Below, in pieces: positions 36,201 through 50,489 of a stretch of DNA of 64,000 nucleotides. A program made the translations under genes and the position numbers. Each line of letters begins with the position of its first letter. Positions within the stretch are counted from its first letter, which is position 1. The stretch covers positions 744,001-808,000 of the forward strand of contig LSRY02000029.1 in NCBI GenBank assembly GCA_001643675.2, written 5' to 3'. This DNA is from Monocercomonoides exilis PA203. Taxonomy: Eukaryota; Protista; Preaxostyla. A model generated the notes under the pieces. The model ran no database searches. It saw nothing but the letters and a program-made list of their open reading frames with translations, and was not told the DNA's origin.

Positions 36201-38038
36201 CTTTCTTTTGAGGCAGGTGCAGACTTTGGCGAAAAGACTTTTATTGCATTTGAAGGCAGTAGGCTGAAAAGCTGTCTTGTGCTTCGCTCATGCGAAGTGA
36301 TCGGACATCCTTCTGCAGCTGATAGCACGATGTTTATGGGAAGTGCTCTGGTGCAGATTGTATCAGGGGTGCTAATAGTGGAAGGATGCACTTTCAATTC
36401 CCTTCGAACAAAGAGCGTTCTTCTTGATTGCGCTGGTGCAAATTCAGTATCTTTTAAGACATCTTCGTTTCGTTCGATGGCTGTTGGTCTGCCTGTGCTT
36501 CGCGGAGGTGCTGGAGGAGCATCTGTGATTCTGTCTGGGTGCAACTTCAGGAATGAGAGTGCTGTGCACAGCGAGGGTAGCTCAAGCAGTGTGCCAGTGA
36601 TTGCAGAGATTGATGGCTCAGGGAGTGTTAGATTGTTGTCTGTGAGCTGCTCGGACTGTAGCGTTGAGGCAGATGATGGAACGTTAGTCACTTTTGAGTC
36701 ATCAAATTTTGCAATGGAAAGCTGCGACTTTAATGGAAAAATAACATCTGCATCAATATCTTCATCTTATTCAACTCTCAGTAGTTCTTTGCTTTCGTCT
36801 TCGATTCCCTCGCTGTCTCCATTCACTATCAAGTCAAATGCCAATCCATGGTTTTTACCAGAGCAAGTGTGCGCGCGGAACGGCTCGATGGTTAAAGTGA
36901 AATCGAGCGGAGGTGCAATCAAAAACACCACATTTTCGAACTCAACATATGGAGCACTGTCTGTTCATGAAAGAAATATTGAGCTTCAGGAGATGAAGTT
37001 TGTTTCGAACTGGCCGAGAGAATTTGGGATGAGAACCACAGCGAGACGGAATGTTCTGTTCCGCTCATCGTCAATACGACTTGCCAGCCAGCTGAATGGG
37101 AGACAGGAAGCGCAGAGCAGACAGATGGGCAGAGGCGGTTAGGATCGATGTGGTTTTGGGAAGACAACTGCACCACAGAAGCAGGAGGTGAGACAGGCAT
37201 ATGCAATCTTTTCCAGCCTAATTTAATGTCTGTGAAGGCAGATATCAAGGAAGCGAAGATGAAGCTCCGCTTCAATGGAACAGATTTTTTCCCTTGCCGG
37301 CTGGGATTTTCTGTGAGCATCAAGCGAATTGGTAACACGTGGAAAGAGAAAGAGTTCGAGTTGGACATGATAGAAAATGAGACAAGTGCGGTTGGAGCAT
37401 TCGATCTGGACTTTTTGGACCCATCACGCTCATCTGACAAGTTGGAGGTGTGTTTGATGGCTGTAGGAAGCGGCGGTGGTGTTGAGGGCAGCAGCAGAAT
37501 AGGAACATCGCAATGGCTGAGCTTCAGCATAGCCAAAGACGAACCTTCGATTACCAATGGAACAAAAGCGGATGATGCGGAAGCTAAAAAAGAAGCAGAG
37601 GAGAAGAAAGCAAAAACTATTGTTATTGTTTGTTTTTCGATGGCTGGACTGTTTCTTGCTGTTTCTTTCGGGCTGATTGTGTACGTGGTGTTAATAGCAT
37701 CCCGCACAAATAAAATGAAAAAGCAACTGGAGGAAGGAAGCAGCATGAAGAGCAGAAGAAAGAAAAAAAGAAAGAGAGTTTCCGTTGAATCAGGGAAAAC
37801 TGGAGAAAATACAGATCAGAAAAAACCAGAAGAAAGCTTAAAATATGAAGAGCTACTTAATGATTACATGCTCCAATCTTTATCGATTTCTCCATTTGCA
37901 ATAACTAAATCATTTTCATTGTTGTCATCATCCTCAACTTCCCCAACTCCCTCAACTTCCTCTACTTCCTCTTCTTCCTCTTCTTCATTTCGCACAGCAT
38001 CGCCATTATCATCGAATAGCTTAATGAATTCTCCATAA
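33290..38038 (+). pseudogene. Type-I membrane surface-protein gene (signal peptide, GGA-repeat beta-helix-like ectodomain, TM helix, basic tail) with stops and frameshifts
   Basis: Hydrophobic N-terminus; repeated GGA(L/V) and F..C motifs; YVSASGSDGASCGGSDATACLTI; TM IVIVCFSMAGLFLAVSFGLIVYVVLIA. In-frame TAA at 34386 and 35787; frame changes near 33.69 kb and 37.1 kb. Confidence 0.7.
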
Positions 38039-39236
38039 ACCGAATTTGGATAATTTTACCTGATTGGTTCTTTATTGAAAGAATTGATTGCTTTTAAAAG
38101 CTGCTTTTTAGTACATTACCTGTGCTGCTATTAATATTTTTAATTATGTTTTATTTAATGGAATTGTTGGAATTATCACTGATTTGTTTGTCGAAATAAA
38201 TAATATTAACTAAGATTGTTAACTTTAACGTTGAACACATTTTTTCCAGATACGTGCTGTTATTGTCTTTTTTTAACATTTAGGATTCCAGAATACATCT
38301 CAAGTTAAGTGCTTTACACTTTCATTCAATATGTAATGTTTTGCTTATCATTTATAAGTTCAGATCTTGATATATGCTTTTGCTTTCCTTATTAAACTTT
38401 TTTTCCCACATTTTATTTACCAATAAGTTGAAATCCTATACTGTTTATTTATTTGATGAATGCTATATTTTTTTATTTTTAACTATAAAAATGTATTTTG
38501 ACTTTGAACAAAGGAACAATTTTTATCAATATTTATTAATCGATTGATTTGTCATTTAAGTTTCGTTTATCTGCTATTAGATTTCTTCATTGTTTCATTG
38601 CATTGAATACATCGATTTATATGTAATTTTTGATTCCTTTTCATTTTTCCTCTCATGGATTGACACATATTTTTAATGTTTTTAATTTGCCTTTTTGATA
38701 ATAATTCATTTTTCTGAAAAAAGAAAAAAATAAAAATAAGAAACGATCAGTTTTTGGACTTACAATTTCTATTTGCTTGTTTTTTCAAAAAATTATGAAG
38801 GCAAACATTTTTAAAGAAGAATACTATTTTATTATTATGATTTTCAAACACTCATTTTTTGTAAGAGATTCCATCAACAGGCAAAAATCGTGTACGATTA
38901 ACCAAAAGTTGTTAATTATTTCACAAATCAAAAAAATATGAACCGCTTTTTTAAAAATCACATTCTTTTGAAATAGAGGAATAGTGCTTAATTTTCTTTC
39001 TACCTACGCAAAAGAAGTTCATATTTCTTTCTTTCTTTCTTTTTCTCAGGCAAATAAGCTTTGTTGCAATTAAATAGTTCAAAAAAGTTCAATCAAGATG
39101 TAATTGATGATGATGACACTTTGTTTACATTTATTATGTTCTTTTCAGAATGAATGTATTGAAGTTAGCAAACAAAAACAAATATGAAAAACATGCATTG
39201 CAATAATAAAACAATAGAATTTTTATACGTGACGTT

Positions 39237-39741
39237 TCAATTATCATCACTTTCAGGATCCTCCGGGTCAGGAACTTCAAATGGAAAATCAACTCCAGGA
39301 ATCTCAGGATCGTCTTCTTCACGCCATTTATCCCAATCAATTTTAATATTATTTAATTTTCCTTCTTTATTCAATCTTGGCCACCATTTTTCTTCCTTTT
39401 TCATTATAAACAAAGAAACTCCACGTGCTGTAACATTCATTTTATAATTATCTGAATCAATTTCGTCGTATAAATCCAAAACAAAATCAAATCTATCCCT
39501 ACTTGAATCGCCAATTGCAGTAAAGTGGATAGAAGTGCTTGTTACCTGAATATTTGCTGTTTCCTTTTCAAGACTTGGTAAAACGTAAGAAAGGAATAAA
39601 TGCGTATGCCGTTGTGCCCAATTTATATCTGGCTTTCTGCATCTTTAAAATAAAATATATGTAATAAGAAATGAAGGGTAAAAATGATCATGCACATTTT
39701 AATACGAAATAAAATCAAAGAATTAATACTCACTTTTCCAT
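39237..39741 (-). CDS. PTGES3: Hsp90 co-chaperone p23 (CS domain; PTGES3/Sba1); exons 39741-39734 and 39642-39237, about 137 aa
   Basis: KPDINWAQR, LDLYDEID, WWPRL and IKIDWDKWREEDD motifs; GT-AG intron keeps the frame. Confidence 0.9.
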
Positions 39742-39782
39742 TATTGAAAAATATAATGGTGTAGATCATGGAATAATTATTA

Positions 39783-41266
39783 ATGATTGCAGATGATAAA
39801 GAAAGTTTTCAATCATTGAAAGATGAAATTTCGCCATCAAAAATAATAAAACAGCTGAAGCATTCCAACGAAGAACTAACATTTCAAATAGAGGAGAGAA
39901 AGCGAAGAGAAAAAAAATTATTACGTTCCTTACAAGAGAAAAATGACCATATAGCAAAACTTTCAGTGTGAAAGCGCATATTTTATAATGTTAATCCTGC
40001 AATAATATTTATTCTTTTTTAAAGGATGAACTCGAAAAATTGAAATCTCAACAATATTCTTCAAATATATTAGCGTATAATGAGCAGACAAAAACAACAA
40101 GAATGTTGCCTGGAAATGGAATTAGTGGAAAAGCAAAACAACGCATTAGCCAAGATCTTATCGAGCTTCAAGAAGGAGTTATTCATTCTCGAACTCAAGT
40201 GAAAAGAATCCAAGATTCTATTTTGCGAGATGAAGTTTCCTCAAGAAACGTTTTTTCTGTTGACAATCCTTTAGTTGCTGTTTCTCTCCAAAAGCTTTCA
40301 ACCGAATTATCAAAAGAAAGGCACCGTAACGAAGTTCTTCAATCAACAAACAAAGGTTTTAGTCTTTTTTGAACCATATGAAATTTCACTGATTGTTTAT
40401 AAATCGATAAAATAGAACTTAAAGAACTTGCTGTAATTGCGGTTCGTGAATGCTCAAAATTGCGTGAGAGAGTCATTCATTTTGCTCAAAAAGCTCTGGC
40501 AGTTGAAAAATCTGCGCCTGTTGTATCAATTGAACGATCGATAAATCTCACTTCAGAAAGAATTACTCCTCGAAAAAGAAGAGAAGAAGAATTTAAGAAA
40601 TTGGAAACTCGTTCTATTAAAAAAAAGAGGAAAACATTTAACGAACAAAACCAAGACTTTATTTCAAGTTCCATGAGAAGCGAATTTGCAGGTATTACGC
40701 CTCGCCAAGAACAATTGGAAAGAAATGATTCGAAAGAAATTGATTACGAAGATGTTCCAAAAGCTGACTCTCCTCCATCAGTTCAGACACCGGCTCGCCC
40801 CGAGCGTTATATTTCACCTTCAATGAGCCATTCACAGAAGATTCTTTCGTCTAATATTTATTCTCCAGAAAGCTCTTCTCATTCCCCGTTGCAACTCTCT
40901 CCAAAGGCATCAGATACAGAAAGAGATATTTTTAGTGCAGAAGAAAGCAAAGCTGAATCTTTCCCTTTCGCTTCAACGTTGCAAACTACACACTCACAAC
41001 CTCTTTTCCATGTGAATGATTCGAATGAGTTACAAACTATTCAAGAAACATTTCCTGTTTTCGAACAAAAGGATGAGCAGGAAAATGAGCAAGAAACTTC
41101 CCAAGAAAAGGGACAATTCACGGAAAGTGAGACTACACAGAAACCACTTGCTTCACTGCGTCAAACACCTCGATATCAAGAAAGAAACGAAAGTTTCAAA
41201 TCTGAAAGAAAACCAATTTCCGCAAAAAAACCTTCTTCTGCAAGGACTGAAAAGGTGAAACAGTAA
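39783..41266 (+). CDS. Hypothetical coiled-coil protein, multi-exon; 3' end uncertain
   Basis: ORFs 39783-39971, 40040-40372 and 40460-41266 are linked by GT-AG introns (about 39967-40024 and 40356-40414). Coiled-coil-like composition. Confidence 0.55.
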
Positions 41267-41668
41267 CAAGGAAACGCATACTTTAATATTGCAGATAAAA
41301 CCAAATTTTTATTTCCATCAAAAATTTCATTTATCAAAAAATTAAGAAATTATGAAAAAATGCAAAAAGATTTGTTGTTTGCGCAAACAATACTGCGAAA
41401 GCAAGAAATATAATCGACGCATCGCTATAAAGTATTTTTTAAAAAGAAAATTATTTGATTAGTTTTTTCTTTTTGTTAATAAAAATATTTGTTTAATTCA
41501 CCCTTTATAACTTATCAAAAAGCAAATTTTTGGTTTTGTTCTTTATTTTGATTTTTAATTTTCCAAAGAAAGTTGAAATTAGTGTGTCTGTTTACAAAAT
41601 TTAACCTTTTTCTGAAAAATCTGTAATACAATTTGTTTTTCATTTTTTCATTAAAAATTGAAATCCAG

Positions 41669-43846
41669 ATGGAAACTGAAGAGGCTGACCGTATAATAAT
41701 CAGAGAAATGCTTGAGTATCTGGCAACTTCGCCTTCGTTTGATGGAATTGATACATCAACATTTTTATCGACGACTGTTCCAAGCTGTTCGTCTCGTCTT
41801 TGCCATCAAGAAGGAAAGTCATCTTTACGTTTCCCTTTTACGTTAACAGAATTTTTAATGCCTAAGAAGCGATCGACAAAACATAATCTATCACCTTCTT
41901 CATGTTCATCAAGACACTTTGCTTCAAAAAACGAATTTAAACCACCTTTTTCTGTTTTGTCTCAGCTTGATGATGTCTTTGCAGAAGAACTTAACTCTCA
42001 TGGAGCGTGGGGATCAACTTTGCTTTTGATTTTATTTGCTTGCGCATCTCCCCTTTCGCAACAATATATCAAAGACCAGGCCTTGAGAAGCATTATGCAA
42101 CTTTTTCTTCATTCAACACTTCCAGATGAAAAAGTTGATGTTCTTATATGCTTATGCTGTTGGATAGAATTAAAATTAAGGGCTGTTGAAGAGCAGAGCA
42201 ATGAAGAATCAACAAGTTCCAGTCAGGAAAAAGGGAACGACTGGAGAAGTCGCAGCAGCATCGATGCAGAAAGAGGAGAATTGAAGGAGTCTGCTGGGTA
42301 TTCGAATCAGTTTCCAGCCCGACCGATTCGCACAGCCACTGCAAGTCGGAGCGCTAAGGCACCCTTATTTGCACCAACATCTCCGCCTGCTCCAATCTCA
42401 CCTTCTTCGAATGCACACTCCAGGTCGATGTCGCAGAACTCGCCGCAGCTTCTCCATCAGCCACAGCCACCCGACGGAGCCTCAGTTGCCTCGTTTGGCT
42501 CGCTCATTGTGCGCCGTGCGAAGACCTCTCAGCAGCAGACACGCGGCGCACCAGAAGGCGGTGGGCCGAGCTATTCGCAGCGGCGCATGGCGAACTCCTC
42601 GTCTTCTGCTTCGTTCATTTCATCTTCGACTTCTGCGCCGTTTCCTTCGAATGCACCCAAAGCATCTGCCCCGCTGCCTTCATCGACATCCTTCAGTTCC
42701 TCCTCCTCATTTTTGAGGCCTCTCTCTTCTGCAATCTCATTCCGCCAGACATCTCCATCCACTCCTCAGACGCTTACACCTTCACTTGCCTCATCTTCTT
42801 TTGACAGCCAGTCATCTCCTTCTGCTTCTTCTTCTTCCTCTTCCTCTTTCAGTATTTCCATTGCAACTCCGCTCTTTCTCACAAACGAGTGCCATGCTGT
42901 CGTTGCCTTCTTCTCCTCTCTTGCTTCCATCTCCTCCTCGTTCCGTCTGCCTGTTCTGCGCCAGTTCCTCTTCTGTCTCCTCTACATCCTCCGCCGCACC
43001 CCATTCCATGCGCCTCTGGGCTTGTCTTCTGTCTCTGTCTCTCCCTTCTGCCCTTCCTCCCTCTTTTCTCCACTTCTTCATGCTGACCCTTCGCTTGGCT
43101 GGCTGCGTTCGCTGATGATTCGGCTGCCCAATGCAGCGAGGCAGTGTGTGGCAGAAGGAGCGATGCTGAGTGGAGCAGAAGGAAGAGACACACAAAAGGA
43201 GAGCAGCAGAAATGAGAGATCTGCTTCAACTGCTTCATCATCATCTTCTTCTTCTGTGAATGCACAAGCACTGGGTGTGTTGGAAGAGCATTCAGGACAG
43301 ATTGTGCTAAGAAGAGCAGCAGCAGACGACCACAAAGACAGCGCAAAAGGAGCGAAGATTATGAAAAGGAAGAGCGAAAGAGAAAGTTCTCTGAGTGGCG
43401 CATCTTCTTCTGCCAATCAACAGAACCTTCCGCCAACCTCACTCGTCGCGCTCACCCCAACACTCATTGTGCATCTGGGCACACGCACACTCACAGAATT
43501 CTACTCACTTCTGTTTATTCCTCAATCATCATCATCATCATCTTCTTCTTCCTCCTCCTCCTCCTCTTCCTCTTCTCCTCAAACCACCCCCTCGCCTTCT
43601 CCACCTGTGCGCCACAACACATCTGCCTCTGGCCATCGCCCTTCTTCGACTGCCTCGTATTCTCCTTTTGCCTCATCTGCTGCCACACCCGTGCCCACTC
43701 GCCCTTCGCCTTTCAATCCAGTGCGCCCTTCTGCTTCTGCGTTACGCCCTTCAACTTCTTCCTCTTCCTCTCAGAACTCTGCAAATCAGTCACAGCTTCC
43801 TGTCAAAGCTAAACGATATGCGTCACAATCCAATGTGTCATCATCG

Positions 43847-43878
<32 letters not shown>

Positions 43879-46800
43879 CAAATCGTCTTCTCTTCAGCCC
43901 CGCCGCAGCAGCGAAGGCTGCCGGCTGAACACTCGTCTCTGCCGGTCGATCATCTTCTGCATCAACAGCCTCCACTGCCTCCTCTCCACCGTCGAAGGGC
44001 GCTCTCTCTTTCCGCCTCTCTCCACACAAACAGCAGAAACAGCCACAACTCGCTCGAATGAGAACACTCCGCCCACACAACATCCATCGCCTGCCAAAAG
44101 AGCACCAACATCGCCGTCGGTTGTTTGCACAGCTGCTCCTTTCACTCAGGTTGCAACACCTTCTTCATCATCGCCTTATCCAAACAAGAATGCTTCCTCG
44201 TCGTCATCATCATCATCATCTTCTTCTTCTTCTCAGTCGCAATCATCTCAGTCATCTCCTTCTCTTCCTTCCCTCTCTGCTCTGCTGGGCTCTCTCCTTC
44301 GCATTTCAGCGCTGTCTTCTGCTCTGCTCTTTCTTGTTCCTCTGCACTCGCCTTCACTCAAATTCAGTGAAAGAGACCATCTCTGGGCACTCTCCACACT
44401 TTCTATCAGATGCCTCATTCGAATCCTGCCTCTCTGCTCACACGCACTCTACGACAACACCCTCAGACAGAGTAAACTGCACAACAGCGAAGCAAACGAT
44501 ACACTCGACGAGGCAATATTCGCATCGACTCCAACCTCTCCTTCTGCTTCTTCTCCCTCTGCATCTTCTCCTTCATCAGCATCTTCTTCTTCTTCTTCTT
44601 CTTCCTCTTCCTCTTCTTCCTCCTCCTCCTCGTCTCCCTCCACTTTCCCTGATACAGATGCTGTCTTCTTCCAGACAGGCCTCTCAGAGCTGCTTGATGT
44701 GACTGCCCGTCTCATCAGCCAGCATGCCCCGCTGCTCCTCCCCTTCGACTACGATGCTCTCTACAGCGCCGGCAGAGAACGGAGAGAGACACAACGTGCT
44801 CTGCAGAGAGACAGAGGAGAAGCTGCTTGGAACACACAAAATGTGCTCGAAGTCACCCGCAGCGGGAAGAGCAGAAGCGGATGCAGAGCAGATGGATGCG
44901 GCACTTTGTGCATTGCGCCTTCACTTTATTCACAAGGGGACGATGGATATCCTTCAGACCCTTCCTCTCCATGTGCTGTGGGTGCACAGGAGAGGGCTAT
45001 GAGGCCATGGACATCTTCTTCTTCTTCTTATTCTTATTCACAATCACGCTCACACCCCCACTCCATGTCAATGACACTCTCCTCAACAACATCGTCGTCT
45101 GCAGCAGCAGCAAATGCAGCGTCGGTGGCGATTGACTTGGAGACAGACGAGGAAGAGAACGGATGGCGCACGAGGAGGCTGAGAGAGGCAAAAGACCCAA
45201 CCGATCTGGATGACCTGAGCGAGATGGATGCGAAGGACGAGGCTGGTGCAGTTGCAATGGCTCTTCTCGAGCAGTTCAAAATGGGCGGAGAACTGACTGG
45301 GAAGAGAGTGGGGAGTGGAGCTAATGCAAACACCTCTTCTTCTTCCTCTGCTAATAACTCGTCATCATCTTCTTCCCGTGATAGAAATGGCAGAAATGGA
45401 GATTCTTCATTCCTCTCTGCGTCCTCCCTTACTTCTTCAGTCACCATCGACGATCTTCTCTCACAGATCACTCCATTCATCTCCTTCCACGTGCGCTGCT
45501 TCTTGTTTGTGCATCTTGTGATGCCAACTGTTTTGACTGTCATTTTGTCGTCTTCTTTGCATTCGCCGCTTCTCCTCAGCAATTCACAGCTGATGCGGTC
45601 TGTCTCTAAAATCATCACACAAATTCAGAAACTGGGCGAAAGCTCCACAAAACTGATTAAGTTCTCTCTTTATTCATCTTCTCCTTCTCCTTCATCATCA
45701 TCTTCGTCGTCATCATCATCTTCTTCTTCATCGGACACTTCAAATTCTTCATCTCATAAGTCAGACCAATCATCATCATCATCTTCTTCTTCCTCCAACA
45801 GCTCCAAGCACTCATTCTCCTTCCCATTTTACCACCCTCTTTTCCATCTTCTTCCTGCACCTTCAAAATCCCCCATCATCCACGCCTTGCTCACCAAGCA
45901 GCGCCTCCGCTCTCAGCTACTTGCTTCCACCATTGCCTCTTCCTCCTCTTTCTCTTCCGACGCCTTCTCCTTCCCTGCAAATGCTGTTCCTTCCACACCC
46001 ACCACTGTCCGCTCCACCGTCTCTTCCTTCTCCTTCTTCAACCAGCCATATTCCTCCACCCCCACCCCGACCTCTTCTGTCTCTATCAATCCATTCACCC
46101 CCTGGCAGCACCCTTCCTTCCCCTTCATGCCTACAATGTCCCTCTCCTCCACCCTCGCTGCTGAGGCTGGCTTGGGCAGCACCTGGGCCTCCAATGCCTC
46201 TCTTTCTGGCATTTCTCATTCTCCTTCTGTCTCCTCCTTTGCGTACATGCAGCGCCCTCCCTCTCGCTCCTCTTCAGACAGAGGCATCTCTGCCTCTGGT
46301 GTTCGCCGCTCGCTGCGCATATCGTATCTGTCGATGATGGGATTAGACTCCACTTGCAACAGCGCTGCCCGGACGCCCATTCAGACACCCTCACAGACAC
46401 GCCCTGTGACGCAGAGGGAGATGCAGATGGGCGGAAGAGAAGGAAGTGGCAGCAGTTTGGCTGGCATTGGAGGAGGAGGAGGAGGTGGTGGTGTGAGTGG
46501 ATGGACATCTGCTGACAGATCGGAGATGCAGAGCAGAGAAGGAAGACAGCGCCCGTCTTCGTCTTATGGAACATTAGCTTCCAGTCGAGGAGGGGCAACT
46601 CTTTCGTCTTCAGCGTCGTTTTCATCAGCGCTCTCATCTGCAAGAGATAATCATCTGCCTCCATCAGGTGACAGAACAATTGAGATGATTCCACACAGCT
46701 CATCATCATCATCTTCTTCTTCTTCGTCACGCCGTTCACCCGAAGACGACGGGAGCATCTCGCCTCCTCTTCTTTACTCAGCCCAATCCTATCGCCGGCT

Positions 46801-49800
46801 GTCTGAGACCAGCAAAGACCAGATTCTGGGCAGTGCAGTGCCTCCGCTTTCTCCCTCTGGCTCCACCCTCTCTTCCACACAGACATCTGCCTTGGGCTCC
46901 ACCACTCCGAAGTTCAAGCGGCCTTCCTCTCGAAAGAATGCAGACGGTACAACAGTCACCCTCAGCCGCATTTCTGCCTCTTCTCCGTCTTCCAACACAC
47001 CATCTCCTCGCTCCATTGGTGCTCCTCCATCTTCTTCCTCGCCTATCACATACGAGCGGACAGAGCCCAACTTCCTGTCAAGTGCCAGCCATCTTTCGAA
47101 CCTCTCCCCTCAGAGCACAGCGCGTTCTTTCGAGTCTTCCATCACCCCGTCTGATCTGCAGTCATCCCATTCGCCTTCACAGCCTTCGCTTTCTGGTGCT
47201 GCCACGTCGTTCACAGTCACTCCGTTTGTGCTGATTACTCCAACGACGTATTCGCTGTTTCCAGTGAGTTGGCTCAGTCTGAATGACGAGGAAGACAGAG
47301 GAGACGAGAAGAACGAGCAGACGCTGCTGTTTCTGTGTCGTGTGCTTAAAGAAGAGGCAGCAAAGAACAAAGAGAAGGAGAAAGGTGATGGAAAGGAAGG
47401 AGGAAGAGGAGGAAACAGAAACAGGAGCAGAGACAGAAGAGAAGAGTTGGAAATGAAGACTGCCACTTCATTGTGGAGGAGTGACGATGAAAGCGATGAT
47501 AGCGAAGGCAATGGAAGAGATAATGGTGTGTTCATTAATTTTGCAATTGATGCTCGTTTTTGTATAAATCTGTTTATCTGTTTTAATTTTTGTAACATTC
47601 AATGAAATTAATGCTTTGTCCTTTTTTATTTTCAAAATTCTTATTCATTTATAAATAAATTCAATCTTTATATATAAATATCAATTGATCTTTTGCAGGC
47701 TTCTTCTTCTTCTCTGATTCAGGAGAAGACGACAAAGACAACAACGACGACTTGTTTGATGGACCTTCTGAGATTATCATATCCCCTTGCTCTTTTCTCT
47801 CAACACACGTATTTGTCCTCACACCTCCTCTTCCTGTTTCTCTTTCTTCTCTTCTTTCTTCTCCATCTTCTCCAGTCATCCACCGCCACATCACCTCTTC
47901 TTCTTATTCTTCTTCTATTTCATCCTCCTCCTCCTCCTCTTCTTCTTCTTCTTCTCATTCGTCTTCTTCCTCTTCAAACTGCCTCTGTCCACTCTGCACT
48001 CCACCTCTTCCACCGCCAAAGCCTCAGGAAATTGCACCAACAGAGTTGCCGTGGGTGACTGGGGCATCACTTACAATCCTTTGTGGCACAGCGAAGGAGA
48101 AGAAGAAGCAGAGGGGAGGCAGAACAAGCGAGAGAAGGCGAGAAGAGGAGAAAAAGGACAAGCTGAGAGGAAGAGAAGGAGTCAGGAGAAGAAGCGAACA
48201 GTTTGAAGATTTTGCCAAAATGAAAGAAGATGAAAACTTGGCAACGACAAGCGATAGGAAGAGCTACCAAGACAAGCTTTCGTTGAATGAGGATGATATA
48301 TTTGCCGGTGTTGATTTGGAGAAGCCGGTGCCTTTGGTTGTGCTGGACGACAGAGAAGCTGAAGAGATCGACAGGATGATGGAACTGAAGAGTCGCAGTG
48401 GATGCAGAAGAGGCAACAGCACAGCCGAAGAAGACATAAACAGCAGGAATGAAGGAAACGATAAAACACTCACCAGGAAGAGATCAAGAAAGGCAGCAAA
48501 CGAGATGGGAAGCGATGGAGACGAGAGAGAAGGAAGAGAAGATGATGCAATAGAACCAGAGCGGAGGGAGAGTCAGCCGTGGGAGATGGAGGATGTGATG
48601 GATGATGAAGACTTTGAGGTTGGGCAGGTGATTGGAGGGAAGACAGAATCGCTGTTCAGAGCACCAGACTTTGACACGGACACAGATGAGGGATATGAAG
48701 CAGATGAAGAAGAGGACGAGGAGGATGCAGACGATTCAGATGGAAACAGCACAGAAAAGCAGAAGTGGGCAAGCAACGGAGACAGCAGTGAGCTGTCAGA
48801 AGGCGATGTGCACAAAAGAAAGAGGAATGAGAAGAAGAAGCAGCAGCCAGTGCGGTTCTATGAAAGACCCTCTGATCGCTTCAACCAGCCTGTGCATGAG
48901 CCACATGATGCTATCAGAGCAGAGGAGAGCGGAGAAGAGGTGCCCAACCGCACTCTGCTCGATCTTCAACGAAGAGGAGCACTTGCAAATGCTGACTCAG
49001 ACGATGAAGAAGAAGACGAGGGCGATGCGTGGGGCGATAGTCCGTTTGACAATGTTCCTGATGAGTCTGCCATTCAGCGGGCGCAGCTGCAGAAGAGTCT
49101 GCATCTGAAGCAGATGAAGCTGGCTGGCAGAGCATCGTCTGGAACTGCTGCTTTTGTGACTGCCACAACAGCTGGGGGAAGTCTGTTTAATGAAGAAGAC
49201 GCACATGGAGTAGGCATTGTGACTGGGCTGATCACTCATTCCTTCTTGTATCTGCCCTCGCCTGATGCAGATGCAGGGGATGCACCCACAGGAAGATTCT
49301 ATTCTGACCCGTTCTGTCTTCAGACAGAACCGAAAGCGGCTGAGAAGAAGTTCGAGAAGGATAAAAGAGATTCTTTGCCAAAGGATACAGAAAAGGGTGT
49401 GATTGATTGAATTTAAAGATTAAAACTTATAATTGCTTTATCCATTTCATTGTAATGTTGCTTTGCAATCTCCTTTATTTATATATTATTTATAATTATT
49501 ATTATCAATATTTCATAAATATAGACTTTTCATCTCCGCTTCCATCGTATCGAAACGGCTCTCAAGTGCCTCCTCTCTCTCTCGATTCTCTTTCTCCTGT
49601 CCCATCACAGCGCAAGCGCCCTGTCCCATCTCTTTCATCTTCATCTTCTTCTTCTCCGCATTCGTCGTCCTCTCAGAGTCTGGTGCCTGTCTCGCCCACT
49701 GGGCGCTCCTCGCAGTCGTCATGCACCCAGCTGTCTCCACACCAAATGCGCCCTCAGTCGCATCTGCAGAACACTCTCCACTCATCCAACATGTCCTCAC

Positions 49801-50345
49801 AGGCACACAACTCAAAGAGGAAACTCAGCTCAGCGGCAGAACTCGCCCTGCTTGCGCGGTCGGAAAGATTTGAGCGACGGCATCTGGCAGCGGCGGCAGA
49901 GTCAGACGATGTTCTGTACAGTTTGGAGGAGTTTGAGAGAGAAAGAGCCGGAGGAGAAGACGAAGACAGCGAGGACGAGAATGGGAATGACTCAGAGAAT
50001 GACAGCAGCAACAGCAGGATAGACAGCGACAACGAGCTGAACTACACGCGCAGACGAGGCAGAGCAGGGAAAGCACATAGAGAGGGCGAGACACAGAGAG
50101 AAGAAGATGATGAGGAATCTGATACAACTTCATCATCACTCAAAACTGCTTCTGATTGCGAAAGAATGAAGAACAGAAGACGGCTGCGCAAAGCTGCTGC
50201 GAAAGAGGTTCGCAAACAGTTGAATGCAGATAAATGGGAGCAGGAATGGAAACAAACAGACCACCCCCTGTTGTTTCGCTTTGTTTCTGGTTGGTGGCGC
50301 ATTGCATCTTTCCTCCATTCACATAATCAAAGAAACATTAACTAA
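41669..50345 (+). CDS. Very large (about 2,790 aa) Ser-rich hypothetical protein; exons 41669-47525, 47699-49396, 49525-50345
   Basis: Three long ORFs joined in frame by two phase-1 GT-AG introns. Hydrophobic helical patches between poly-Ser tracts. No domain recognised. May have further upstream exons. Confidence 0.65.
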
Positions 50346-50489
50346 ATTTATCATTTTGATTGATTATCTTATCTTTACAACAACCTCTATTCAATTATTT
50401 TATATTTTTATGCATTTGCTTATTTGCATATTATTAGATACATTTTCGTGCTCACTCATTATTTCACCCTTTATCATTCCATTTCATTT

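Noticed and set aside
683-37142. Non-standard genetic code (TAA/TAG = Gln, known in some oxymonads) as the explanation for in-frame stops at 1369, 1714, 3186, 9246, 34386 and 35787
   Set aside because: Conserved genes here end in TAA/TAG (Hip TAA, cytochrome b5 TAG, kinase TAG), multi-kilobase ORFs contain no internal TAR, and the broken loci also have TGA stops and frameshifts. Pseudogenisation is the simpler explanation.
12176-39741. Hip and p23 co-chaperones as a functional gene cluster
   Set aside because: They are about 25 kb apart with unrelated genes between them; consistent with chance.
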